Source of the DNA: Raillietiella orientalis
Taxonomy: Eukaryota
Reading direction: 5' to 3'
Assembly (NCBI GenBank): GCA_036172245.1
Contig: JAYWIR010000119.1
Span: 1 to 64,000, forward strand
DNA length: 64,000 bases
Shown: positions 12,666 to 24,641 of the stretch, one piece after another
Layout: each line of letters begins with the position of its first letter
Position numbering within the stretch: position 1 is the first letter of the stretch
Program-made: the position numbers and the translations under genes
The notes under the pieces: model-generated
The model's database searches: none
What the model was told of the DNA's origin: nothing
The model's input: the letters and a program-made list of their open reading frames with translations, nothing else

Positions 12666-15401
12666 GTGCAGCGTTGTCGAAGAGCGCGTTCCCGACGTTC
12701 CCGAATGCTGCGAGGAAGAACTCGCCGCTACCGTGGAGCAACGCTCAGTGGACATATTCATTTTTTTTTTTCACATGTTTTTCTTTTCGCATTTAAAATA
12801 CATGCTTTCTCTCGAACAGAGAAATATTGGGTAAGAATGTAAAAGTTTCGAACATATGTATTAAGATATACTTAGATCTGTATTGGATTAATATTTAATT
12901 AATTTTTTTTGTTTTGCATCAAGAGTCTAGTGCCATTACGTTCACTGTTATTTTGTTAGGATTGGGGAACACTGGCACTGTTATAGTCAAAGAGAAAAGT
13001 GTTTAACCACGAGGAGGGAACTCAAAGTGTAGCTAGGATGGCTACGCCTTGTCCAAGTAGGGTACTGAAATCATTGGGATTTTCATCATGAAGAATTAGA
13101 GGGGTCCGTTCTTGGACAGCATGGATGTGGAAGGAAATCGAAGCTTCAGGAAGGTTTGGAGGCAGCAAGTTTTCCGGTGAATATCTCTGGAAAACTTAAT
13201 AGTGGCGTAGCTAAATGGGCTGCCACATCTCTTAGGGTGTGGCTGTTCACTCCTTGGGATTTCAGTACATTGCCATTGATGGAGTCCCAGCTTCCGAGAG
13301 CATTAATCACAATAGCGTCATTGAAGACGTTTAAGGAATTTTGTAGTGCCGAGCTGAATGCAACGGGACGATTCTCGAAGGGAACGATGATATCTATGAT
13401 GATCGCTGTAGTGGATGCAAGAAGATGTCGGGACGCAGGAAAGAGTCTACTGACTCGATTCTCTTGACCCGAGACGAAATTGGCCACGAAGGGGATAGTA
13501 ACGAAAACATCCAATCCGCTACGTAGTCGTGCCCTTTGGTAATCGAGGAGCTGAAATGGCGGGGACAATGGCACAATACATGCGCAAGTGTTTCTTTTTC
13601 ATATCCGCAGAAACGGCACGTTACGATGAGTCCACGTCCCACGACCGTGGGACGTCGACGACTTCCGTTCAGCACTAACTGGTTTAATCGTGCTCTGTGG
13701 ATAAATCGTTAATGAGAAAATCTTATACCACCAGACAGCGATAGGAAGGACATGGACGCGGGATGAAGGCTAGCGCATTCCATCATTCTTCCCTGATCAG
13801 GCTTCGCAAAGAGAGATTTGCATCTTTCGTCTCTTAGAAATAGCGAATGTTTCTTGCCATTTGCCTCCTATGTGAAGCCGAAAGAATTTTGGGGATTTCA
13901 GCAGTAGTAGAGTGGACGGAAATGGTGATGCAGTTCTCCTCAGAACCTGATTCGATAGGTAGATGTTTGGATGCTTCCCTGACCGGGGACCAAAATGTGC
14001 GTGGGTCACCACTCATGCAATTCAGGGGTTCCAGACAACACCCATCGAGAAAGCGGGTAATGAGGGTAATGTCAGGAGGGGCATGGTTGGCTATCGCTTC
14101 GCACCGTCCGACAACGTCATCTTTGCTAGGTCGGCAAGTCTGCTATCTGGGCAAGTAAGCAGTTGGAAGGAGGAATCTCCTGTCATCGAGCGCGCTTTCT
14201 CGATAAGGCGCATCACTCCAAGGCAGCAATCCCTTGTTTCTCCATAGAGATATTCGTACCATGACCCTTTTGAGAGGGGGAGGATAGACCGCTTCACGAC
14301 ATACTTGATGATTTTGTCGAGCGCAGCACATGAGCTCCATGGTTTTGTGGACAGACGAAAGTCATGAACAAGGCTCATCAACAAGGAGGGAAGCGAACCG
14401 ACGTCGTCGTCCGTCATCGAGGCCGCGCTCGATGACGTCGCCTTCGAACGAGCGGCGGAAGTGCTGGCTTCCTCGCTGGAGCCGTCAACTTCCAAGGCCG
14501 GCAAGAAGGCCGTGAAACGTCCGACCTCTACTCAGGAGTCGGTAACTTCCGACCCCGAGGCTGAGGCCGGAAACGCAGCTTCCATCTCCGCGGCGCCCCG
14601 CAGGAAGGCTGGACGAAAGTCCAGCATACCCCTGCGGAAGACCGTTTCCCCCGCCGAAGAAGAAGAGATGGCTTCCGCAAGCGAGGGTGCCATGAGCGTG
14701 GGAGAATCTTGGAACTCGTTGCCCGAGAGACTCCCACGCTCGGAAACGGAGGGGGTGGAGGAAGAACATGTGTCTGAGGTGCCTGAGGAGGCCGAAACCC
14801 CCATGGCCATCTCACCCGCCTCGGAAAAGGCGGGTCCGCCACACCGACATCTTCCCAGCAGTAATGCCGAGAATATCCTGCCGCCGCCGTCTGCGCATCG
14901 CCCTTGGGAACGTCAACGGCATGACAGACGCCGGCAGCAGACGAGACCTGGCCGCCCTCCTAGGATCCTTCGACCTTGCGCTGCTGCAGGACATCCACGT
15001 GATCTCTGCAGAACAAGAGCAGGAGATTAGTCACCCGGTCACGCCGCCCGTGTATTTTACACAAGATTTTAGAACAATTACAGAAAATAGCGCGGGAGAT
15101 GGAGCGGATCTCCGCAGGACGGCCGCGGTATCGGTGTGGACAACCGCAGAGTTGCGGTCTTGCCTACCTGCTTCGGCCAGTCGTCGAGGACGCGGAGCGG
15201 GGCGTGCGGTTCGACGATCAAGGTTGTGTCGGCCAGCTGCTTCTCAGATGGTCCGACTCCATCGACCTGATTGTCAACGACCTGTATGCCCCGAGGGGCA
15301 CGGACCTGACGGACAGCTGCAAAGCGGCGCGACTGGCTGACCGAGGAAGGCGTGCGGAACTCTCATCCGGTTGCAGGAGAAGTCAACGTGCGTTTTCGTG
15401 T
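12666..15401 (+). mobile_element. Element O' (duplicate of O)
   Basis: Near-identical to 2666-5400. Confidence 0.85.
12750..14378 (-). mobile_element. Duplicate of the NeSL/Utopia-like RLE fragment
   Basis: ORFs 13146..13574 and 13394..13675 match 3145..3573 and 3393..3674. Confidence 0.8.
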
Positions 15402-18377
15402 CGCTCCGTAGCTCCACCATTTTGTTGAGCATGTCTTTCCCACCGCTGAGTCACGAGGATGAGAAGTGAACAAGCCAACGTGGAAGTCGGTAAGCCAAGC
15501 GTTCCGGTTTTCCCTTCCCGCAGTGGGATCGATGGCGAAAGATATTGCGAGCCATTCGCCTCTGGCAAGCACGTTCGCAGACGTTGCTGCGGTAGCACCT
15601 ATACAAGGAAGCCGCCATGCAGACGCAGAGCTGCAGGCCTACGTAGCCGAGGGTCACAGATCTGCGCTTCGCTATAATGTAAGTAAGATGGGGATGAGTA
15701 AGTGGAAAAACCCTTCCCTGTGGGAGTCCGGCAGGAGGTCCTGAGAGACCTCATGACTGTACGCGCACTGGGCTACGATCAAGTCCGGTGCACTCAGCCT
15801 GAAATTGCCATCCGCACTCCCTTGTCCGTCGGAGGGAAAACTGTTTTTCCCATTGAGATGCACCAATCATTTGTAGCTGCTCTAAAGGACGTGCAGCCAG
15901 AGAGCAACTGCAAACTATGCTATCACCGCATGGCGGAATTAGCCACACAGTTCACGCCGTGAGGAGGAAGAGGAGTTCCTACAAGAAGTTCCCTTCCGTG
16001 CACGCAGGAACTGCTTCGCCCAAGAAAACCATAACTAAGCGTCGCAGGCTGTCTGCGCAGCAGGAATGCAGCACGTCAAACGAACCAATACAAATGCATC
16101 GAAACGCATCGAGGAGTCATTCTAACCAGACGATCCCAACTACTCATGACCTAAACATTCATCGCCAGAGGAACATATCATTTTCCGCCCCTTTCCAGAG
16201 GAGGCTGTCGGTTCAACAGGAAGAACGCCTCGAACAGGAGCAGTTACCATTCACGCACTGCAAAGATGCTTCGTATGAATGAACAACGACGCGACCTCAC
16301 GTTCCGCATGTGTGCTGGCGTGGTGCAGCCACATACACGTGCTCTACCTCCTTTGCTGTCCCGTTTCACCAACACCACCTTCTTCTTCACGAAGATTACA
16401 TCTCCGTAAGGCGGCTGAAGCGTTCGCAAGCTCACGACCTCCGCTCGGCAGTCGGCCAATCGCTTTCACACCCCTCTTCCCGATTCCCTCAGCCTCTTTC
16501 TCTCTCTGCTAGCCTACGCCCATGCTCATTCTTCCGTGTCATTCTCCGTCTGCAGACACTGTTTCCTCCCGGATTATCTCCACTGGCCTCCCTCCTCCCA
16601 CTCCCTCCCTTGTAGCAGTCCCGTTTACTAAAAGATACCAAGGTTCCCCTCCACGTTGGCTGTATTTCTCTGCAACGGCCCCCCGTCCGTCCAGATGATG
16701 TTATTACAGACCGGTATTCATCGTGCCCCACGCCTCCGATTCCTGGAAATAGAAGTGTCATCATCAGAGGAACAAATCCCTCAGCTTACCCACACCACGA
16801 TCATGGGTGGCTCGGAAGCGCGCGGCATTCCCCGGAATGCCCACACACGATCGAGGATGGACTCGGTGCCCCCTGGACACCGCGCAGTCCTCTTCCTTCC
16901 CGATCCTTGAATTCGGCATCCGAACCTCTGCGTGCAACGCCCGATGAGATTTTTCAGCTGCAACCACAAACAGGAATGTTAGAGTCCCTGCGCCGTCAGT
17001 GAACGGGCTCCCACCTCCTTCCTGTAAAACCCCATGCCGGCTGCAGCTGCAAGACTGCAGACGAGCCACGTCTTTCCGGTTGGCATCTTGAAGCTGGCGG
17101 ATAAATGAGCAACACTCGACGGGATGGACTTTCTTTGCAGGGATGGTCTTGTGTCTTTTTTTTTCTTTGCACGATGTGTATCCTAGGAAACCCTGTGACA
17201 GGCCCTGTCTCACTCGTGGAAACTGCGATTTTCGGGCGGCTCGTTTTCGCGGTCGTGAAGTGGTGACACGGGATTTCCATCCGAGAAGGTGGATGGAGCG
17301 AAAAGAAAATCACCGCCACCTCTCGTCAACGGAACTCTCGAATAAGGCTTTTCCCGTCCATCCGTCCTTCTCTTCGTCCGAACCTACGTGGACCGTCTTT
17401 TGCGCTCCCTGCCCCTCTGCCAAAATTACAAGCCTTGCTCTCTTCGTCTGCTTGCCGTCTTCATTCCTGCACCTCTCGTCCTACCTTGGTGCTGTGCCAC
17501 TTTGTCGTCTTGCGCGCCTCTTCCTCTTCGTGCTCTTGCACGCACTCTCAGCTCCTGGATTCCTCTTCTCGCGATCGTCTCTGTTTTTCCCATTACTGCG
17601 GATAGGTGGTGCCTTCCTTGGTTCGCCTTCCCACGAGTGATGGAGACTGAGGATTTGCCCCAGGACTCGGTTCTTCACTGTGAGGGAGCAGAAAGTGCAG
17701 GAGCAACACTTTCCTGATGCTCCGCAGCTCTTCTGGTGTCGCGGATGCGTACTTCTGGAGAGCACGAAGCTATTTTGCAAGCCATGAAGAAACTTCATCG
17801 GCAGCAGAGAAGAAGGGAAGCAAACAACCGTCTGGATGCTTGGAGTTTCCCGCGATTGTGCTCCCATTTGTCGCGCATTCCAGACGGCGTCGTGAGGGTG
17901 TCATCTGCAGAGCGAGGTGTCTCCAGCAGTGGCGCTCATTCTGCCAGTGTGTCCGGCAGGAGGGTGTTTGCGGCGCACTACACGAACCACGTGTACACAC
18001 GTAGCCCTCTCACGTACTATGCTTCCCAATTGAGTTTCCGCTAGAGGGCATCTCGGTCGCTTCCTGTAAGCGATTCCGCTGGAGAGTCGGTTCATCTTTT
18101 TGCGTCAGGTTTCCCCATTTCTCGTTCATTGATGCGCTCACTGCGTCTGAAAGTACACCTCCGGAAACTGTGCATTGCAGCCAAGTCGTGCTGAGTTTTC
18201 ACATGAATGACGGACAGTTCTCATGAGGAAATGCATTCCTGGAATGCACACGTATGGACTGTGGAAAGGATCGGCGTGAGAAAACATGCTAGCCAGGTGG
18301 CAAATGAAAAGTAAATAGATAAAGCATGTGCGTAAGGAGGAAAGGAGCCGCCAGCGTAGAGAAGAAATGTAAAGCAA

Positions 18378-20059
18378 AGTTGATCGAGCGTTGCTACGAT
18401 AGCGGCTGGCTGCAGGGCGTCCCTCACGGAGAAAAGCCGAAAAACGTCTCTGGGAGGGCTACCTTCCACGATCCCTGGGGTCGTACCCAAGCGTTCCCAA
18501 AGAAGCCGGAGGGCAGCGCAGTCAACTAAGAGGTGCGAAAGGGATTCACGCTCCCCACACCTGGCACATTTTGGATTCACTCGTCCCCGTGTCCAGTGGT
18601 GGCGGCGCGCGTTGCAGCGGAGCCGCCAGTGCAACAGCATAAGCGTCAACTCCTGCCATTTTAGGGGAAGGATCCTTCTTCCGGTTATCACTGGAGGCCA
18701 CTTCAGGTCGTCCGTCGTGGTGCCGAGCAGCTCGCCCAATTTTTTGAGTCCTTGCGGAAGGACGCTCTTGCTTTGTGTCGTCTGCCAGCTGTCCCATGGT
18801 CCAACCGCTCATCAACTTTTCCCTGCCTGCGATACGGCAACAGACTTGCCACGTCGGCGTCCGGCTGCTGACAAGGGCCGTACGCAGGAAGGGCACCACC
18901 GTCGCTAGGCAGGTCGTCCCTGCCCACGTGCTCCTGGCTGGACACTCCAGGATCTCGCGTAAAGTGCAGCGGGCGTATCGGCCGCGTCGCACGCTGTTCC
19001 ACGTCTCATGGCTCCTCTGATTCACTACCGCCCATGTGCCAACTGCCGTTTCTTCCAGCCATGCGCTTGAGTTGACGGAGCCGCAGATCATCCACGCATT
19101 CTCCTTCGCCTGGGTGGCTATTCGTCCGAGAAGAAGGCCGCATCTTCCTATCTTCCTTCCACGACATAAAAGATGAGATGCAAGTCCTCCCGTTCCGGAT
19201 ACATGTCTGGCGAGGAGGCGGGCCGGAACACACAGCAAGGGGTGCTCCACAACTCCGCTGCGATGGCCAAGGTTCGCCATCGCACTTGAATTTCCATGCG
19301 CTCCAGCGTCAGGAGGCCTGGACCACCATCTCGACGCGGAGCGCACGAGTCCATCAAAGGGACTCGGGGCCTCCCCTTGCCCCAAAGGGCGATGCGCAGG
19401 AGATCCTTTATCCTCTTTTTTGTTTCCACGGGGACGGGGCAAACAAAAAGTAGGGGGCGAAGGATGGGAGCCGCAAACGCGTTCCATACCGCGTACTTCC
19501 AGGAACGGGCCGATAGCCAACTTCACTTTCCGGAGACGGCCTGACCAGGCTTCTGACGGGCGGAAGTCGCCCAGCGGAACGCCAAGGTACTTCAAATACC
19601 CGCCCGTTGGGATCCCCATGCGGATCCAATCAGGCCGTCCTACCCACGTCGCTCCAACTGTTACCACCGACGATTTTGCACGGAGCCGCATCCCACGGCT
19701 TAGCAGATCGAAGAAATATTCGACTGCCGTTGCCGGGGCGGACAGTGGGAGCAGGAGCAGCAGATCGTCGGTATATGGCGACACGGCAGGCGTGCCGGGG
19801 AAGGAGCTTGGCAAGGCAGCCAAAGTCGTCCTGTGCGCTCTCAGCACCAACTCGATGTAGGTTCTAAAGAGCAGGGCATTGAGGCTATAGCCCCGCGGTA
19901 TCCCGCGGCACGCCGTACACGTTTTGTCCTCTGAAAGAGATGTTCGTCAGCGCGGCGCGCCAGCAGGAGCGCAGGTACGCACTTAAGGTAGGTGGGAAGC
20001 CCATGCGATCCAGGAGCTCCAGGAAAAGCACGTGGTCCACGCAGTCGAACGCTTTGCGT
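18378..20059 (-). mobile_element. Element P': RT 3' part (from RKAFD to the C-terminal Cys motif); host of H
   Basis: ORF 18546..19850 has YTDDLLL and KYLGVPL. Begins at cgcaaagcgttcgac (RKAFD). Confidence 0.85.
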
Positions 20060-21255
20060 GCTCCAGTGTGGACGTGTTTTCTGGGTGCTTCTCGTGATAT
20101 GAAGTCTTCCCAGTGCTAGCGTCGTGTGGTTCGGTGGTCGATCAGGCAGCGATGCATAAGGCGACCACCAGGAATGGCCAGAGGGCAGCGGCTACGTTGC
20201 CTCCAGAGGCGATGGAGAGCCAGGGGGTGGCGTCAACGTCACCCCTAGAGGCGATGGAGGTGAAGGCATCCGCCCCCACAGAATCGGTCCCCGCTGCAGC
20301 GCGGGCGTGGAGCGCCGTTGTGTCGGCGCCATCGCCTGCAGCCGCGACGGAATTGTCGGTATATGTAGAGAAGGGGTACAATCCCTCATTGTTCTACAAG
20401 TTAGGCAATTTATATTCTTTAGAGAGCGCGCGCGCCTTCTCGAAGGGCATGCGCGCTCTCGATGTTAAAGAGGAGGAGCTCAGAGCTATGACCATCTGCA
20501 GCTGGGGTCAGTACTTTGAGGTCATCTGGAAACAAGCAGAGCTGGCCCAACGACTGCCTAAAACCTTTTTGGTGATTGGGACGCGCAGGCTTCTCCGTAT
20601 TACGGCGGACCGCAGCATGGTGGTTCACCTGTTAGGTGTTACCGCGCGGATGCGCAAGTTACAGGTTCGCGCCGCGTTGGAGGAATACGGAACGGTCCAC
20701 GCGCAGTGGGCAAAAGTTAGTCCTTTCGAGGACTACACGGGGCTACAACACGGCCTTACTGCTGCGCGCGTGACCGTTCGGGAGGGCTGCACTCTTCCCC
20801 ACAAACTGGTTGTCGAAGGCGAAACAGTCTTCCTCTGGTATGTGGGGAAGCCGAAATACTGCGGCTTCTGCAATATGTTGGGCCACCTCTAAAAGAGTTG
20901 TCCCAATGTGCAGTGCCAAGTATGCGGAATTATGGGACACACGAGGAAGGTGTGCGCTAAAGTAGCAGTGCGGGTGGTTTCTAAGAGAAACCTTAAAATA
21001 CGTGCCCGGCTTCTGCAGAAAAGGCTGGCGGCGAAAGCTGCCGCGAAGGCTGTGCCACCCTTCGCTCAAGGCCCAAGCCGCACTCGAGACTCCGGCGAAC
21101 AACGCCGAACAAGTTGAGGGAGCGGCCAGGAGCCTGGGTGGCAGGTGGCTACGGCCAAAAAATCAAAGAAGAAGAGGAGGATGGAGAAAAAGCTCGCCTA
21201 CCGCCAGAAAAAACAGCAGGCAAGCGAGCAAATTGAAGAATGCAGCGTTGTCGTT
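20060..21255 (+). mobile_element. Element H, 5' part (5' UTR plus ORF1 N-terminal part with premature stop)
   Basis: 5' end gctccagtgtggacgtg; ATG 20152; CGFCNMLGHL*KSC and CQVCGIMGHTRKVC knuckles; ends at EECSVVV. Confidence 0.85.
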
Positions 21256-23970
21256 CATTAACCGGTCGCGCCGGGACGTTTATTATAATATCAACTGAGA
21301 ACTGTGTTCCCAGGCAAGGGGAACAGAAAATGGGGAGTAGATTTCCAGGAACGCAGTCCGGACACACTGAAAGTTCGGAACGGGAGGGGGTGGGACAATA
21401 AATAAACTAAGTGGGGGGGCGGGGACAGGGGTATACAGTCTAGCCGTCTCTATTCTCAGAACCGGCGGTGAATGCCGCCGATCTCCATTCTCACTTCTGC
21501 TCCAAGATGTGGCCACCCGGCAGCCATTTGCAGGTTGTAGGCTGCGGTGTCGGGGACCGATGTTGGGACTGCTCGCATCTGCAATACGTGGCGGGCCCTG
21601 ACAATGGCGCGGACGCAGCAGATGATTGCGACGACCGCTCCAAGAGAAAGTCCGCCACGCGTGTAGAAGCGGCGCATCCAATCCAGTGCGGTGTGTCCAG
21701 GGTTCAGGAGCGCTGAAGACAGCCGCTGCCACAGCTCCTGGAGGGCACCGCACTCAAACAGCAAATGCGGAAGCGATTCCACCGCTCCGCATTTGGCACA
21801 GTTCGGGGACGCAACTCTCCCGGAAATCAGGTGCGCCCGCTGGTTGCAGTACAAACCCCAATGCACCAGCAGAAAAGCGTCCTGCATCCACCGAAGGGGG
21901 GAGAGAGTCGCGTCCAAACACGCAGAAGGGACCACAAGTTCATCGGTGGGCACCCCGAGGAGCTCACTCCACCGGAGAAGCCCCTTTGCAAGAATGCGAG
22001 GTGTGGCAGCGTCTGCCACTTCGCAAGTCCTCCAGCCGCCCAGCAGTCGGGTTTCGCCTGCGATTTCGCAAGTGATCTCCCACCTCGCCGGCAGGTCACT
22101 GTCATCTCGCACCATCAGTGCACACAGTGCTTCGGCGAGTGGCGTAGCGCCTAGGCGTGTCCACTGGTCCTGGTCTTCCAGCACCTCCCCCACTGGACAG
22201 TATGGGGAAAGTTTCACGCAACGGAGTTCCAAACGGGACACATCCTGTTGCGCTGCCCAGGACGATAAGGCTTCCTGCCTCCAGGCGTTGAAGTTCGTCG
22301 GCCGGCAGGAGATCCACTCATGCTTTCCCAGAAGCGTGGCGAGCTGCTTCAAAGGGAAGCCGAATCCTCTCTGGGCGCGCTCCGTGCGCAGATGCAACGA
22401 ACGTAGTCCGTCGCCACCCGTGCTGCGCCGCAGCAGCAGCCGCGCTGGAGCACACCAGGGAGTAGTCCAGAGCTGCGCACAAAGTGCCAGCATGCGGAAC
22501 TGCACAAGCAGTCCGATCCGCTCCAGCGTCAGGATGCCCAATCCTGCATCCCGCCGAGGAGCCGCCAAGTCCTTCAGGCGTATCCTGGACCTCGCCGGTC
22601 CCCACAGGGCGTTACGCAACAGGCGTTGCACCCGGCGCTTAGCCGAGTAGGGAGGGGGACAAACAAAAAAGAGGGGACGGAGGAGGGGGGCAACGAAAAT
22701 GTTCCACACGAAGGCCCGTTCCGACAGGAGAAACCTGCCGCCTTGGAACGGGCCCAGAGCAGTCTCGGCCTTGTGAAGGCAGTCCGACCACGCTTCTGCT
22801 GGACAGAAGGCGCCCAAGGGAACGCCGAGGTACTTCAAGCACCTGCCCATGGGGATCCCCAGGCGGATCCAGTCGGACTGCCCCTCCCACGTAGAGCCAA
22901 CCGGTACAACGGTTGATTTCGTCCTGTTCGCGCTCAGGCCAGCTCCCCGACGAATGAGATCGAAGAAGTCCTCGAGCCTGGACGCCGGGGTGGACATGGG
23001 CAGCAGCAGGAGAAGGTCGTCAGCATAGGCGGCCACGTTCGGTGTTCCCGGGCAGGAGCTCGGCAGGTTGGCCAGCGTCAGCCTGTACGCCCTCAGCACC
23101 AACTCAAAGAAGATGCTGAAGAGCAGGCGGCTTAAGCTGTCTCCCTGCCTGATACCCCGCCGTATGGAAACACCGTACACGTGACGCCCGCTGAAAGAGA
23201 TACAGCATAACGCGTGGCGCCAGCAGGAGCGCAAGTAGGCGATGAGGTGCGTCCGGAGGCCTAGGCGTCCCAGAAGCTCCAGAAGGAGGTTCTGGTTTAC
23301 GCTGTCGAACGCTTTGCAGAGATCGACGGCGACTGCTAAGGCTCCCGGCGTTCCATCGTGCCTTGAACACCGCCGCTTTCCTTTGGCAGCGGCGATTTCG
23401 GCTGCCTGGCTCTGCTGCGCCACGCGCTGCTGCAACTCGAACCATGTTCGCGCGAAGAAGAGATTCGCGTCCATGGACCGCCCCGGAACAGCATACGTCT
23501 GCTCCGGACTTACCAAGGACTCCACGATTCTCCCCAGGCGCGCGACCCATAGCCTGGAGAACAACTTGACGTCCGAATTCACCAATGTGATCGGACGCCA
23601 GTTGCTGAGGTGGCGCAAATCACCGCCTTTCGGCAGGAGCCGCACCTTTGCTGAGCGGAAAGAAGCGGGAACATCTCCCGTCTCACGCATCAGCGAGGAA
23701 AGGCTTAGCACCAGGGGGACGAGCTCCGCCGCGAAGCACTGAAAGAACTCCGCGGGCAGGCCATCCTCCCCAGGCGCCTTACGCCTCTTCAGATTCGCTA
23801 TGGCAGAAGATACTTCTTCCGCCGTGAAGGGCCAATCCAATCTGGCGCGTTCCTCCTCGTCGATAGCAGGGTTGCCCGTCGGAAGAAGCAGCTCGGAGAG
23901 ACTGCGTTCCGTGGGTTCCTATGCGTACAACGAGGAGTACTAGCGCTTGACTACGCGGCGCACGGCGGAC
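21256..23970 (-). mobile_element. Element I: 3' part of a LINE with intact 3' terminus (probably the 3' half of K)
   Basis: Long RT ORF. Terminus reads aataaacgtcccggcgcgaccggttaatg on minus. Confidence 0.88.
21456..23840 (-). CDS. ORF2 RT plus C-terminal Cys-rich domain of element I (794-codon open stretch, N-terminally broken)
   Basis: KAPGEDGLPAEF, WRPITLVN, VDLCKAFDSV, GIRQGDSLS, YADDLLL, KYLGVPL, CAKCGAVESLPHLLFEC. Confidence 0.9.
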   Translation of the reverse strand: MDWPFTAEEVSSAIANLKRRKAPGEDGLPAEFFQCFAAELVPLVLSLSSLMRETGDVPASFRSAKVRLLPKGGDLRHLSNWRPITLVNSDVKLFSRLWVARLGRIVESLVSPEQTYAVPGRSMDANLFFARTWFELQQRVAQQSQAAEIAAAKGKRRCSRHDGTPGALAVAVDLCKAFDSVNQNLLLELLGRLGLRTHLIAYLRSCWRHALCCISFSGRHVYGVSIRRGIRQGDSLSRLLFSIFFELVLRAYRLTLANLPSSCPGTPNVAAYADDLLLLLPMSTPASRLEDFFDLIRRGAGLSANRTKSTVVPVGSTWEGQSDWIRLGIPMGRCLKYLGVPLGAFCPAEAWSDCLHKAETALGPFQGGRFLLSERAFVWNIFVAPLLRPLFFVCPPPYSAKRRVQRLLRNALWGPARSRIRLKDLAAPRRDAGLGILTLERIGLLVQFRMLALCAQLWTTPWCAPARLLLRRSTGGDGLRSLHLRTERAQRGFGFPLKQLATLLGKHEWISCRPTNFNAWRQEALSSWAAQQDVSRLELRCVKLSPYCPVGEVLEDQDQWTRLGATPLAEALCALMVRDDSDLPARWEITCEIAGETRLLGGWRTCEVADAATPRILAKGLLRWSELLGVPTDELVVPSACLDATLSPLRWMQDAFLLVHWGLYCNQRAHLISGRVASPNCAKCGAVESLPHLLFECGALQELWQRLSSALLNPGHTALDWMRRFYTRGGLSLGAVVAIICCVRAIVRARHVLQMRAVPTSVPDTAAYNLQMAAGWPHLGAEVRMEIGGIHRRF

Positions 23971-24641
23971 GCTGGCTGGTGTGGCTTTCATGCTCAAGCC
24001 AGCCGTCGTTAATGCGCTGCGCGACGTGCACTTCAACGGGGAAGGTCAAATCGGGCAGCTTGTTGCCAAGTGGTCCGACGCGATCGACCTCGTCGTGACC
24101 AACGTGTGCGCGCCCGGCACGAGCCACAGGCGCGGGGAACGCACTGCGTTCTTCGAAGGCCTGCGGCGAGATTGGCTGGCCGAAGCAGACATGCGAAAGG
24201 CGCACCTCATTGCCGGGGACTTTAACGTCCGCCTGCTGGCAGGTGCGCCCGACATTCGCGCACAGCTGGTCAACGAGATGTGCGCTGCCATGCACGCGCG
24301 CAACTTGTTGGCCGGTGACGCCGGGACGGAGACGAGGATCGACCACATGTTCCTCGACAACCACCTGTGTTCGCGGGTGGGAAATCGAGGGGCAGTGCCA
24401 TCCGAACTTTCCGACCATCCCCGGCTCGTGCTAGAAATACACCCGCGAGGTAGAGGTCCACCCTCCACAGCGTGGCGTTTGCCAGGGGACTGGTTGCGCC
24501 TCGCAGGAGCAGCGCAACATCTTCGCTTGTTCCTCCAAGGCTTCCATCTGCAGTCGCTGGCGGACTGGGACGACTTGAAGAGCTCAGGCCGCGAGTTCTG
24601 CGACCAGTTTCCCCTGAACCGTCTCCCTCCAGGTTTCGGCG
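23971..24641 (+). mobile_element. Element A, endonuclease fragment (5' part lost)
   Basis: ORF 23981..24673: TNVCAP, IAGDFN, RIDHMF, SDHPRL, ending LPPGFG at the insertion site. Confidence 0.88.

Larger units (their letters stand above)
10231..20052. repeat. Copy 2 of the ~10 kb tandem duplication
   Basis: Matches 240-10072. Identity ends at gcagtcgaacgc (20041-20052). Indel-rich between ~16140 and 17270. Confidence 0.95.

Noticed and set aside
23960..23985. I/A head-to-head junction (and F/M at ~50643) as additional target sites
   Set aside because: Neither side has an element terminus or TSD; better explained by deletion or rearrangement, so not counted.
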